From NCBI GenBank assembly GCA_963711565.1, contig CAVQEQ010000001.1, positions 96,001-160,000 of the forward strand: DNA of 64,000 bases. The letters run 5' to 3'. Positions 19,573-29,763 of this stretch are shown here, one piece after another; position 1 is the first letter of the stretch, and each line of letters opens with the position of its first letter. The notes under the pieces are model-generated. The model did not search any database, was not told the DNA's origin, and was given only the letters and a program-made list of their open reading frames with translations. The DNA is from an uncultured delta proteobacterium. Lineage in GTDB: Bacteria; Desulfobacterota; Binatia; Binatales; Binataceae. The translations under genes were made by a program, and so were the position numbers.

Positions 19573-21950
19573 ATGGCGTCGGATTCAGAACGTCCGCTGA
19601 AGGGAATTCGCGTGATCGACCACGCCGGCGAGTACGGCGAGCTATGCGGCCGGCTGCTTGCGGACCTCGGTGCTGAGGTCATCCAAGTCGAGCCGACGGG
19701 CGGAGCAGCCTCGCGTAATATTCCGCCTTTTCACGGCGACATGAGCTTGTATTTCGCGGTCCGCAATCTCGGCAAGAAAAGCGTCACGCTCGACCTGGAA
19801 TCCGCCGACGGCCGCCGGCGCCTCGACGGTCTGCTTGACGCCGCCGACGTATGGATCGAGTCGCACCGCGCAAGTGATCTCCATCGTCGCGAAATTCTCG
19901 CTCGTCACCCTTCGCTCATCATCACCTCGATCACCCCTTTCGGACTGACCGGCCCATATCGCGACTACGCCGCCACCGACGCGGTCCTCGTCGCGATGTC
20001 GGGATTGCTCTTCCGCTCCGGCGTGCCGGGCAAGCCTCCCCTGTTGTCGCCGGGCGCGCTCGCCTACGACATCGCGGGCACCACGGCGGCATTCGCCACG
20101 GTCGCGGCATTGTGGGATCGCACGAAGACGGGACGCGGCCAGCATCTCGATGTATCGGTGATGGAAGCGGCGGCGCAGACCTCCGATTGGGCGCTGCCGA
20201 ATTTCAGCGCGACGAAAGCGCGCGGCGGCTCTTACTTCGAGCTTCGGATGGGCTCGGCGCCGGTCTATACGATGTACCCGTGCGCCGACGGCTACGTGCG
20301 CCTGATCATTCTGAATCCGCGGCAATGGCGCGCGATGCGAGCGTGGCTCGGCGAGCCGCAAGTCCTCCAGGCCGACCACTTCGATTACCTGCTCGGGCGC
20401 ATGTCGATCCAGACCGACATTCTCGATCCGATGTTCGCGGATTTTTTCAAGGACAAGACCAAGCTCGAGCTCGCGTATGAGGCACAGCGCCGCGGCCTCG
20501 CAATGACGCCGGTGCTGACCCCCGACGAAGTGCTCGCCGCCGATCATTTCGCCGCTCGCAAAACTTTTCGCGACGCCGAAGTGGCGGACGGCGTGAACGC
20601 GCGCGTCGCCGACGGCTTCTTCATCCTCGACGGACGGCGGCTCGGCTTCACCGGCCGCGCTCCCGCTCCTGGCGAGCATGATCGCGACACCCTCGCGCCC
20701 ATCGCGAAGCCTTCGCCTCCCGTCAACTCTGCAACATCACGATATCCGTTCGCCGGCCTGCGCGTGCTCGACTTCGGCATCGGCGGCGTCGGCGTCGAAG
20801 CCGGGCGCCTGCTCGCCGAATATGGCGCCGACGTAATCAAAATCGAAACGCGCGCGCACCCCGACTTCATCCGCGCGATCTATGGCACCGAGATGAATCC
20901 GTCGTTCGCCTCTTCGAGCCGATGCAAACGCAGCTTCGGCATCAACCTGCGGACCGCCGATGGACTCGCGATCATCAAGCGGCTCATCGCCGTCTCCGAT
21001 TTGGTCATCGAGAACAGCGCCACCGGCACGATGGGAAAAATGGGCCTGGGATTCGATCAAATGCGCGCAATCAATCCGCGCATCATTCTCGCCTCGAGCC
21101 AGCTAATGGGCGCGTCCGGTCCGTGGAAAGATTGGATCGGATTCGGCCCCAACAGCCGCACGGCCGCCGGCATGACCTGGCTGTGGAACTTTCCCGAAGG
21201 CGGGATGCCGCCGGGTTCAGGCGCGATTCATCCCGACCATCTCGCGGGACGCATGTTAGCTCTGGGAGCAGTCGCGACGCTGTTCGCGCGCGGGCGCGGC
21301 GGCGATGGCGGCCATCTCGAAGTGGCGCAAGTCGAAACGATCATCGGCCTGCTGGCCGATCTGATGCTCAAGGCGGCGCTCGAGCCGGGTTCCGTCGGCC
21401 CGCAGGGAAATCTCAGCGCACGCGGTGCGCCGTGGGGTGTGTATCCGTGCGCCGGAAACGAGCGATGGTGTGTAATCACGATTCGCAACGATGACGATTG
21501 GAGTCGATTCCGCACTGCACTCGGCGATCCTGACTGGGCGCGCGCACGCGATTACAAAACCGCGCAAGCGCGAATCGAACGTCGTGCGGAAATCGACCGG
21601 CGCGTGACCGAGTGGACCTCCGCGCGCAGCGATCGCGAAGTGACTGACATTCTTCAGCCAGCCGGCGTGCCTACTGGCTTCATGATGTATGCGAGCGACA
21701 TGCAGGCTGATCCGCACTTGGTCGCGCGCGGCTACCCGCAGCAAGTCGATCAGCCCGGCGTCGGCGCGATGATGTTCGAGGGGCCGGCTTTCACGCGACG
21801 TCGATTCCTGAGCCTATCGTCGCGCCTGCGCCCGCGCTGGGCGAGCACACCCGCGAGATCTGCCGCACGATTCTGCGCATGGAAGACGCCGATGTGTCGA
21901 AGCTCGTCGCCGAAGGTGTGCTCGAAGAGTCCACAGGCACGCCCGCTTGA
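19573..21950 (+). CDS. Family III (CaiB/BaiF) CoA-transferase, tandem two-domain; -1 frameshift at 21789-21791
   Basis: Two repeats of LxGxRVxD...GRLLA(D/E)xGA(E/D)VI; the typical ending PAPALGEHTREI...GVLEE is in the shifted frame, with stop at 21950. Confidence 0.88.
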
Positions 21951-21971
21951 AAACGCCGGGCGCGGCGACCT

Positions 21972-23147
21972 TCATACTGCCTGCCCCGCGCACCATCCAC
22001 TCGACCACGCCCATTGAAAATTGTAGCCGCCGAGCCATCCCGTCACGTCCACCGCTTCGCCGATCGCAAACAGACCCCGCACCGCGCGCGCTTCCATCGT
22101 CTTCGATGACAGCGCCCTGGTATCGATTCCGCATACAGTCACCTCGGCTTTGGACCATCCTTCGGAGCCGCTTGGTTTGAGCTGCCATCGTTTCAATCGC
22201 CGCGCGAGTTCTAAAAGATCGCGGTCCGGAACATTTGCGATTGTGAGATTCGACGCTGCAGTCCGCGCGAGCGTATGCGCGAGACGAGTCGGAAGCACCT
22301 CTGCCAGTATGGTTTTGAGTTCAGCCTTGGGCCGGGTGCGCTTTCGGTCCGCGAGAAAGCCTTCGACATCCACTGAAGGTGTGAGGTTGAGCGACAGCGC
22401 ATCGCCTTCGCGCCAGTACGATGAAATCTGCAAAATCGCCGGACCCGACAGGCCGCGATGCGTGAATAGAATGTTCTCGCGAAAGCTGTCGCGGCCGCAT
22501 GAGACGATCGCGTCCACCGAAACGCCGCTGAGAGTGCGGCAAAGTTCGAGCATCTCGCCCGTCACCTTCAACGGCACCAGACCGGGCCGCGGCTCGATGA
22601 CCGCAAGATCGAATCGCCGCGCCGTATCGTACGCGAATCCCGTCGCACCCATCTTTGGAATTGAGAGGGCGCCGGTCGCGAGCACTAAAGCCGGTGCGGC
22701 GAAGCTGCCCTTGTTGGTCTCGATGCGAAAACGATCGGCGCGCGTGATATCGGTGACGCTGAGCCCGGTGCGCAAATCAACGTCCGCGGCCTTACACTCC
22801 GCCAGCAGCATCGCGAGGATCTCGCGCGCCGATCCGTCGCAGAAAAGCTGGCCGAGAGTCTTCTCGTGATAAAGGATTCGATGGCGCTCGACCAGCGCGA
22901 TGAAATCGTGCTGCGTGTAGCGGCTCAGTGCGGACTTGCAGAAATGCGGATTGGCGGAAAGAAAGCGCTCCGGCGCGATTTCGAGATTGGTGAAATTGCA
23001 GCGGCCACCGCCCGAGATAAGAATCTTGGCGCCGGGCTGATCGTTATGCTCGAGCAGCAGCACGCGCCGCCCGCGACTGCCGGCCGTCATCGCGCACATC
23101 AGCCCTGCCGCTCCTGCGCCCACGATTATAACGTCGAACGATTCCAT
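21972..23147 (-). CDS. HI0933/YhiN (BaiN-like) flavoprotein
   Basis: GAGAAG, KILISGGGRCNFTN, LFTHRGLSGPAIL, GEAVDVTGWLGGYNFQWAWSSG. Confidence 0.92.
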   Translation of the reverse strand: MESFDVIIVGAGAAGLMCAMTAGSRGRRVLLLEHNDQPGAKILISGGGRCNFTNLEIAPERFLSANPHFCKSALSRYTQHDFIALVERHRILYHEKTLGQLFCDGSAREILAMLLAECKAADVDLRTGLSVTDITRADRFRIETNKGSFAAPALVLATGALSIPKMGATGFAYDTARRFDLAVIEPRPGLVPLKVTGEMLELCRTLSGVSVDAIVSCGRDSFRENILFTHRGLSGPAILQISSYWREGDALSLNLTPSVDVEGFLADRKRTRPKAELKTILAEVLPTRLAHTLARTAASNLTIANVPDRDLLELARRLKRWQLKPSGSEGWSKAEVTVCGIDTRALSSKTMEARAVRGLFAIGEAVDVTGWLGGYNFQWAWSSGWCAGQAV

Positions 23148-23228
23148 CGCCGCCGCATCATACTAAATCCTGACGATTTGCAGCTGCGGTGAAACGCGTG
23201 CTAGTTCGAGATTTTGGCGAAGGAGCGG

Positions 23229-23630
23229 ATGGAGATGACGCTGGATGAGCAGAAAGAACGTGCGGTCAAGTTTATCAAGGCGCTCGAGTGGCCCGAGGCG
23301 GAGACGCTGGCATCGATGGTCACCGACGACTTCGAGTTCGATCCGATGGGCAGGCTGAAGCAGGTCCCGGTGCTCCACGGCAAGGCGGCCACGAAGCTGA
23401 TGGAGTCCACGTTGCGGCGCGCATTTCCCAATCGTCTCAAGATGACGGTGCTGACGGTGATCGCGGAGGCGAATCAGGTTGCAATCCAGGCCGAGTCGGA
23501 AGCGATCACGGACAAGGGCAGGCAGTACGCGAACCGATATCACTTCTACATTCGATTCGCGGGTGACAAGATCGCGCAGGTCCGCGAGTACAACGACACC
23601 GATCACGTACGCCAGGTTATTTTCAGCTAG
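23229..23630 (+). CDS. NTF2/SnoaL-like protein
   Basis: YANRYHFYIRFAGDKIAQVREYNDT; AGGAG RBS before ATG 23229. Confidence 0.85.
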   Translation: MEMTLDEQKERAVKFIKALEWPEAETLASMVTDDFEFDPMGRLKQVPVLHGKAATKLMESTLRRAFPNRLKMTVLTVIAEANQVAIQAESEAITDKGRQYANRYHFYIRFAGDKIAQVREYNDTDHVRQVIFS

Positions 23631-23665
23631 ACGACGGCGCCGCCAGAGTTTCGGAGAAATCGCAG

Positions 23666-24778
23666 ATGCAAATCGAATATCGCGCGGAAGTGATTGGTTC
23701 GATGCTGCGGCCGGCTTATCTCAAGGACGCGCGCAAGCGATGGGAGGCGGGCAGCCTCGGCACGCGCGACTTCAAGCGTCTCGAAGATCGCGCCGTCGAT
23801 GAAATGATCGCGTTGCAGGAACGATGCGGCGTCAACGTCGTGACCGACGGGGAGATGCGGCGCACCCATTTCATCGCGCCGCTGACCGACGTGATTTCGG
23901 GCGTCAAGCCGATCCCCGCATTTACTCGCGTGTGGCGTCGGCCGCATGAGAAGAATCAGAAAGCCGATCAGACCGACATCCAGGTGCAATACGCGGTGGT
24001 GGATCGGATTCATCGACTGCGATCGCTCACCAATGAGGAGTTCGCGTATGCACGCGGGCGTGCGACGAAGCCGCTTAAGGTCACACTGCCGAGTCCGTTG
24101 ATGATGACGCTGCGGTGGTCGCCGGAACATTCGCGCGCCGCATATCCCGATCCGTTCGCGCTGTTCCGCGACGCGGCGGATATTGTGCGCGATGAAGCGC
24201 GCGAACTGGCAGCGCTCGGCTGCGAGTATATCCAGATCGACGCGCCCGAGCTCGGGATGCTGTGCGATCCGGATCGTCGCCGCGAGGATTTTGCCGCGCG
24301 CGGGATGGATCCCGAGCGGCTGCTGACCGAGGGCATCGACATCATCAACTCAGTCGCCGAGGTCAGCGGCGTCACCTTCGCACTTCATCTGTGCCGCGGC
24401 AACAACAAGGGCTACTACGTGGGCGAAGGCGGCTACGAGTCGATCGCAAAGCAGGTCTTTCAGCGCGCGCGCAACTTCGCGCGCTTCCTGCTCGAATACG
24501 ACGACTGGCGTTCCGGTTCCTTCGAGCCTTTGCGCGAGATTCCCTCCGATAAAAGCGTGGTGCTTGGTTTGATCTCGACCAAGCGGGTCGAGCTTGAATC
24601 GGCGGCAGGAGTCGTCGAGCGGATCGACGAGGCAAGCAAATTTTTTCCGCGCGAGAAGATGGCGCTGTCCACGCAATGCGGTTTCGGCACTGTGTGGGAG
24701 GGCAATCCAATTCCCGAATCGACGCAGGAAGCGAAGCTGCGGCTGGTCGCCGAAATCGCGCACCGCGTGTGGCGATGA
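23666..24778 (+). CDS. Cobalamin-independent methionine synthase II family protein (MetE C-terminal-like)
   Basis: IGSMLRP, TDGEMRR, YIQIDAP; Zn ligands in HLCRGN, LEYD, QCGF. Confidence 0.88.
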   Translation: MQIEYRAEVIGSMLRPAYLKDARKRWEAGSLGTRDFKRLEDRAVDEMIALQERCGVNVVTDGEMRRTHFIAPLTDVISGVKPIPAFTRVWRRPHEKNQKADQTDIQVQYAVVDRIHRLRSLTNEEFAYARGRATKPLKVTLPSPLMMTLRWSPEHSRAAYPDPFALFRDAADIVRDEARELAALGCEYIQIDAPELGMLCDPDRRREDFAARGMDPERLLTEGIDIINSVAEVSGVTFALHLCRGNNKGYYVGEGGYESIAKQVFQRARNFARFLLEYDDWRSGSFEPLREIPSDKSVVLGLISTKRVELESAAGVVERIDEASKFFPREKMALSTQCGFGTVWEGNPIPESTQEAKLRLVAEIAHRVWR

Positions 24779-24853
24779 AGAATCGATCGGGTGGAGAAAA
24801 TCGCGATTGTGGATTAATGCTCAGGGATTAACGACGACGGAGGACTACTAACC

Positions 24854-25411
24854 GTGACTGCGAGAAAACAGCGAATCCCGTTCCGCGATTTTTCAACTCT
24901 CAGCGCCGAGGACCGCGAAAGGGCGGATCGCAACAAGGTCAACGGCGAGGTCGTCAACATTTTCAGGGTGCTGATGAACAATCCAAAGCTGGCGCGAAGC
25001 TGGTCGCGTTTCGCCGGCTACATTCTGGGCGGCCAATCGCTGCCCGCACGCGACCGCGAGATTCTGATTCTGCGCATCGGCTGGCTCAATCAGGCGCCCT
25101 ACGAATGGGAGCAGCATGTGCGAATCGGCAAGGCCGCCGGGCTCACTGACGACGAGATCGATCGCATCAGCAAGGGTCCGAAGGCCGGCTGGAACAAGCA
25201 CGACGCCGCGCTGATCCAGGCCGCCGACGATTTGCGCGAGAAGTCCGTAGTCTCCGACGAGACCTGGAAGCAGTTGTCCGAGCGCTACAGTACCGAGCAA
25301 ATGATGGACGCGGTTTTCACCATCGGCCAGTACAACCTCGTTTCGTGGGCGCTCAACAGCTTCGGCGTGCCGCTCGACGACTACCTGCCCGGCGCGCAGA
25401 AGAACGCATAA
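24854..25411 (+). CDS. Carboxymuconolactone decarboxylase (AhpD-like) family protein
   Basis: LPARDREILILR, YEWEQHVRIG. Confidence 0.85.
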   Translation: MTARKQRIPFRDFSTLSAEDRERADRNKVNGEVVNIFRVLMNNPKLARSWSRFAGYILGGQSLPARDREILILRIGWLNQAPYEWEQHVRIGKAAGLTDDEIDRISKGPKAGWNKHDAALIQAADDLREKSVVSDETWKQLSERYSTEQMMDAVFTIGQYNLVSWALNSFGVPLDDYLPGAQKNA

Positions 25412-25436
25412 CGATCGAAAAGCGGTGACGTGAAAA

Positions 25437-26222
25437 ATGGATCTTCAACTCGAGGGAAAGACCGCGCTGATTCTAGGCGGCAGCAAAGGACTCGGACGCG
25501 GCGTCGCCGATGCGCTCGCGGCTGAAGGCGTTGCGGTCGCGCTGGTTGCGCGCGGACAGGAGGCTCTGGATCGCGCCGTCGCGGAAATCACGTCGCGCGG
25601 CGCGAAGGCGGTCGGGTTTGCGGCGGACCTCGCGAATTGGCCGAGCGTCGAGGATGCCGCCAACGCGGCGCGCAAACAGCTCGGCGCGATCGACATCCTA
25701 CTGAACAATTCCGGCGGGCCGCCGCCGTCCGGTGTCGCCGGAGTGCCGGCCAAGGTCTGGGAAGATCAGTTCCACGCGATGGTGATGCCGCTGTTTCGAA
25801 TCACCGACTTGCTGATCGGCGACATGCGCGCGCGCAAATGGGGACGCATCCTGAACATCGCCTCGACCAGCGTGGTCGAGCCGCTCGCCGCGATCGGAGT
25901 GTCGAATACGCTGCGCAGTGCGATCGTCGGATGGGCCAAGACGCTGGCGACGGAAACCGCGCGCGACGGAATTACCGTCAACACTCTTCTGCCCGGCGCG
26001 ATTAGCACGGATCGCACAGTGCAACTCAGCCGTGCGACTGCTGAGCGGCAGAAAATTTCTGTCGAGGAGGCAATCCAACGCAGCGCGCAAGCGATTCCGG
26101 TCGGACGCTTCGGCACGCCCGCGGAATTCGGCGCAGTCGCAGCATTCCTCGCGAGTCCGTTGGCAGCCTACGTCACGGGCTCGTTGATTCGCATCGACGG
26201 CGGCGCACTGCGCTCGGTTTGA
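25437..26222 (+). CDS. SDR family oxidoreductase
   Basis: GGSKGLG, NNSGGPPP, SNTLR (atypical active site), GRFGTPAEFG. Confidence 0.88.
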   Translation: MDLQLEGKTALILGGSKGLGRGVADALAAEGVAVALVARGQEALDRAVAEITSRGAKAVGFAADLANWPSVEDAANAARKQLGAIDILLNNSGGPPPSGVAGVPAKVWEDQFHAMVMPLFRITDLLIGDMRARKWGRILNIASTSVVEPLAAIGVSNTLRSAIVGWAKTLATETARDGITVNTLLPGAISTDRTVQLSRATAERQKISVEEAIQRSAQAIPVGRFGTPAEFGAVAAFLASPLAAYVTGSLIRIDGGALRSV

Positions 26223-26225
26223 AAC

Positions 26226-27173
26226 ATGAGTAACGTGCTGCCGCTGAGTTCCAATATCCGGTTCGGCGCGATGGCGACCGCTGCCGATCGCGATCACGCG
26301 CTCAAGACCGTCCGCACCCTGTCGGAGTGGGGTTACGAAGGTATCTGGACGGGCGACCACGTCGCTTTCACTGGACCGATCGACGATTCCTTGACCCAGC
26401 TCACCTACCTGTCCGCGCTGAATCCGGATCTGATTTTCGGCACCAGCATCTACCTGCTGCCGCTGCGTCATCCCACGACAGTTGCGAAGATGGTCGCGAC
26501 GGTGGACCGTCTGATGGGCGCGGGACATTTCATTTTCGGCGTCGGCGTCGGCGGCGAATTCCCGCGCGAGTACGAAGCTTGCGGCGTCCCGCTCAAACAA
26601 CGCGGCGGACGCGCGAACGAATCGATAGAAATAATCAAGCGACTGTGGACCGGCGAACCGGTCGAGTATCGCGGCAAATATTTCAGCTTCGGAAAAATTA
26701 CGATGCTGCCGAAACCGCGCACGCCCGGCGGACCTCCCGTGTGGGTCGGCGGACGCGCCGAAGCCGCACTAAAGCGCGCTGCCCTGCTGGGCGACGGCTG
26801 GATGCCGTACGTCGTGACGCCCAAACGCGTCGCCGACGGTCTCGAGTTCATCGCGCGCGAGGCGGAAAAGGCCGGCCGCAAGATCGAGCACTTCGGCACC
26901 GCCTTGCATCTGTTCGTGACGATCGGGCCCACCTATGAAGCTGCGCTCGACGTCGCGGCAACGCACCTGAGCAAGCGCTATGCGATGGACTTTCGCGAAC
27001 CCGCCAAGCGATACGCGGCTGTGGGGAAGCCTGCCAACGTCGCCGCCAGAATCGACGAGTTCGTCAAGGCGGGGATTCGCGACGTCAATGTGGATATCAT
27101 CTCGGCGCCGGCGGACCGCGACGCACAGCATGAGCAGTTCGCGCGGGAAGTGATCCCCCTGCTGCGCCGATAA
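26226..27173 (+). CDS. LLM-class flavin (possibly F420)-dependent oxidoreductase
   Basis: WTGDHV, PLRHP, GVGVGG, PVWVGG, GDGWMP. Confidence 0.88.
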   Translation: MSNVLPLSSNIRFGAMATAADRDHALKTVRTLSEWGYEGIWTGDHVAFTGPIDDSLTQLTYLSALNPDLIFGTSIYLLPLRHPTTVAKMVATVDRLMGAGHFIFGVGVGGEFPREYEACGVPLKQRGGRANESIEIIKRLWTGEPVEYRGKYFSFGKITMLPKPRTPGGPPVWVGGRAEAALKRAALLGDGWMPYVVTPKRVADGLEFIAREAEKAGRKIEHFGTALHLFVTIGPTYEAALDVAATHLSKRYAMDFREPAKRYAAVGKPANVAARIDEFVKAGIRDVNVDIISAPADRDAQHEQFAREVIPLLRR

Positions 27174-27175
27174 GA

Positions 27176-27619
27176 CTATCGCCAGGTCAGTTTGTTCTTG
27201 ACGCCGACCACGCCCGGCGTATTCATCGCGATCGATTCCGCTTGCCGGGCCTCTTCGGCTGACGCCACCACACCGCTCAACTGTACCGTGCCGTGATCGC
27301 AATCGACCTCAACCGGATATCGATCCGAGATACCCAGCTCGGCCAGCGACCTCTTTACCTCGGTTATCACCAGGTCGTCGTTCGCGCGTTCGGCGGGAGA
27401 ATTGTAAATGTGCTCGGCTGAAGTTTGCACCTTGTCATGTTCTACCGTCAGCGACTGATCGGTGGTTCCGGCCGGAGCGCCAGTTGCCGCGCCAGGCGCA
27501 TTATCGGACATGCCCTGCTGCGCGTGCGAGTTCGAAACCGACATCGAGACAGTCGCAAGACCGCACAGCACCATCACACCGACAACCTTGATTCTTTTGA
27601 GTTCCATACGATTAGCCAC
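27176..27619 (-). CDS. Secreted BON-domain protein
   Basis: Signal peptide; DDLVITEVK...VDCDHGTVQLSG...PGVVGVKNKL. Confidence 0.85.
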   Translation of the reverse strand: MANRMELKRIKVVGVMVLCGLATVSMSVSNSHAQQGMSDNAPGAATGAPAGTTDQSLTVEHDKVQTSAEHIYNSPAERANDDLVITEVKRSLAELGISDRYPVEVDCDHGTVQLSGVVASAEEARQAESIAMNTPGVVGVKNKLTWR

Positions 27620-27621
27620 AC

Positions 27622-27652
27622 GGGCACGGAGAAATAGTATCTCTCCGTGCCC
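27622..27652. terminator. Perfect 11-bp hairpin between the lipoprotein and BON genes (terminator or mRNA-stabilising stem)
   Basis: GGGCACGGAGA-N9-TCTCCGTGCCC; no U-tract. Confidence 0.5.
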
Positions 27653-27672
27653 ATGATTAGGCAGTCAGATAG

Positions 27673-28050
27673 CTAGTTGCTTTCCTGGTAGGTCTTCTTC
27701 TGGTACGTCGTGGTCGTCTCGTTCTGCGGCGGGGCCGTCGGAATCGTGGCCATCGGCGTCACAGTCGAAGACTCGCTGTGATACGCGCTCGAGCTCTCCT
27801 GAGTTGCGTTGTTGCCGGTGTCGGTCGAGTCTGACGCGCTCTTTTCCTCGGTGGTGGTCACCGTACTCGGCGGCGATACCATTACGGGCGCCGGCTGAAC
27901 GACGACCTGCGCCGGCGGCGGCTCAACTGGTACATACGAAGTTGTGGAGCTTATCTCCTTCACGGGTTGCGGAGACGATCCGCAACCTCCCAGGAAAGAT
28001 AACGCCGTGAGACTAAGCAGTGAAATAGCAACTTTGATCGAATTCCTCAT
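27673..28050 (-). CDS. Low-complexity Ser/Thr/Pro-rich lipoprotein
   Basis: GGAGG RBS, lipobox FLGGC, disordered-looking tail. Confidence 0.7.
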   Translation of the reverse strand: MRNSIKVAISLLSLTALSFLGGCGSSPQPVKEISSTTSYVPVEPPPAQVVVQPAPVMVSPPSTVTTTEEKSASDSTDTGNNATQESSSAYHSESSTVTPMATIPTAPPQNETTTTYQKKTYQESN

Positions 28051-28137
28051 GACATGAACCTCCTTGATCTGCACAGACTGGAACAAATTAGCTATTGGTC
28101 GGTTGAAAGTAGTAATCGGAAGTAGAATCTCGGATAG

Positions 28138-28428
28138 TTACTCGACTGAGATCCGCCACGGAATCTCGTTATTCACTATCTCCATGTCAGCTATACTGTC
28201 AGCGACAAATACCGCGCGCTCCGCTGCGTCCCATGAATCGGCATTGCCCGGCATGGTAACGACGCCGTGATCCGTGTGGACTTTAATGACGCTTCGCCTG
28301 ACCGGAAGTGAATCCCCGGCAACCCGATATTGCATTGCGGGGGAATGGTTCAGGCAAAATGCGGGTCCAACGATTGCCATGGCGGCGATCGTGACTGTCG
28401 ACATAACAAACTGTACTTTGCTTTTCAT
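28138..28428 (-). CDS. Short or partial BON-domain protein
   Basis: GGAGG RBS, signal-like N-terminus, IKVHTDHGVVTMPG...VNNEI; the first BON helix appears missing. Confidence 0.6.
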   Translation of the reverse strand: MKSKVQFVMSTVTIAAMAIVGPAFCLNHSPAMQYRVAGDSLPVRRSVIKVHTDHGVVTMPGNADSWDAAERAVFVADSIADMEIVNNEIPWRISVE

Positions 28429-28461
28429 GTCGCCTCCGCCGTCAGTGGGTCTGGTGCGCAA

Positions 28462-28878
28462 CTAGTCGGTGTTCGCAGAGGTGATCACCATGAGCTGGTT
28501 GTTCACGCTCTGGACTCCACTGACTTGTTCCGCGAGCTGCATCGCATGCTGCGCGATCTCGGGCGAGGACACGCTGCCCTTCAGAGTTACAACTCCGGCG
28601 ATCGTGTCGACGTGTATTTCGGAGGATCTGACGTCCTTGTCGCGCGCCAACGCGGTTTTGACCTCGGCCGTGATCGTCGTGTCCTTAACCGCGCGTTCGG
28701 TTCCGCTGTACGCGTCCTTCGCGGCCGCCGCGGTGTCCGAGCCCGCCTGCTCGATCTTTTGACCGGCCTGATCCATCTGCTGGCTTGCCGGCTCGTTCTG
28801 GGCGAACGCGGGAATTGACAAAACCATTCCGAAAAGAACTGTCGGTACAATTAGGTTAAAGGAGTGTCTGATCTTCAT
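28462..28878 (-). CDS. Secreted BON-domain (OsmY-like) protein
   Basis: Signal peptide ending AFA; DTTITAEVKTAL...IHVDTIAGVVTLKG...SGVQSVNNQL. Confidence 0.9.
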   Translation of the reverse strand: MKIRHSFNLIVPTVLFGMVLSIPAFAQNEPASQQMDQAGQKIEQAGSDTAAAAKDAYSGTERAVKDTTITAEVKTALARDKDVRSSEIHVDTIAGVVTLKGSVSSPEIAQHAMQLAEQVSGVQSVNNQLMVITSANTD

Positions 28879-28921
28879 AATCTCATTCCTCTGCGAGATT
28901 CCTCGCCACAACCAACTACTC

Positions 28922-28937
28922 AGCAAGTATAGGGCCA
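28922..28937 (-). promoter_or_regulatory. Sigma54 promoter driving the BON cluster
   Basis: Minus strand TGGCCCTATACTTGCT = GG-N10-GC, about 43 nt upstream of ATG 28878. Confidence 0.75.
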
Positions 28938-29031
28938 CGCGCATAAATCGCTGGCCGGCAGGGCTTTTTTCCGAATCTTGGGGGTAATTTCTTCACGATT
29001 CCGATTGCACGGAATCGGTGACAACGAGTCG

Positions 29032-29763
29032 CTAAGGTGCGGGTGGGCTAGCTGAATCGGCGACTTTCGGCAGCGGCGCGAGCAAGGTTGAGGCTTTCGT
29101 CGCGAGGCTCATCGCGGCGACATTGTCGCGCTCGGCCAGAGACTCCCGGGCCTCGAGCAACAATTTCTGCGCGAGAATATCACGTTGAGAATCGTCGGCA
29201 CTCAAATTTGTACGGTCAACTCGTTTTTCGATTCCGTCGACATCCTGGATCAATTTAGCCGCTTTCGCCGGATCGCCGTCGGCCGACCCCGACGATTCCA
29301 GCGAGGGAGAACTCTGCCCAGCGGCTCCCGCAGCGGGTGCGACGCTCGCAGCCGACCCTCTCGCTGACGGCGTCGCGAGAGTGCCGGACGCCGGCGCGCC
29401 AGGCTTTGGTTCCAGACTTACTTCTGCGCCGGTATTCGATGGAGTGCCCGACGGCTTCGCAGCGACATGCGCCTGCCGGGTGGGTTTCTTCGCCGTATGT
29501 CCCTGGGTTTCCCCTGCTTGCGGAGTTGGAGTCGCAGTGGGGGTTGCAGTCGGAATCGGACTCGCGGTCGGCGTCGGAGATTCAGAAGGCGACAGGCGGC
29601 TGAAGAAGTCGCTTACGCTCGACGTGTTCGGCGTGCCGCTAGAGCATCCGGCCGCCAAGATCAGCGGCATCGAAAGCATGCCGAGGACCGGCGCGAGGAC
29701 CCGCCGATTGAATCGCTTATGCGGCGCTGGATTCGGCTGATTTGGCAGGCGCATTTGCTGCAA
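29032..29763 (-). CDS. Lipoprotein with a Pro/Thr linker and C-terminal helical bundle, co-transcribed with the two-component system
   Basis: Lipobox LAAGC, PTATPTATPTP linker; start overlaps the kinase 3' end. Confidence 0.7.
   Translation of the reverse strand: MQQMRLPNQPNPAPHKRFNRRVLAPVLGMLSMPLILAAGCSSGTPNTSSVSDFFSRLSPSESPTPTASPIPTATPTATPTPQAGETQGHTAKKPTRQAHVAAKPSGTPSNTGAEVSLEPKPGAPASGTLATPSARGSAASVAPAAGAAGQSSPSLESSGSADGDPAKAAKLIQDVDGIEKRVDRTNLSADDSQRDILAQKLLLEARESLAERDNVAAMSLATKASTLLAPLPKVADSASPPAP

Noticed and set aside
29510-29590. Short tandem repeats encoding PTATPTATPTP
   Set aside because: An ordinary Pro/Thr linker with degenerate codons, not an array.
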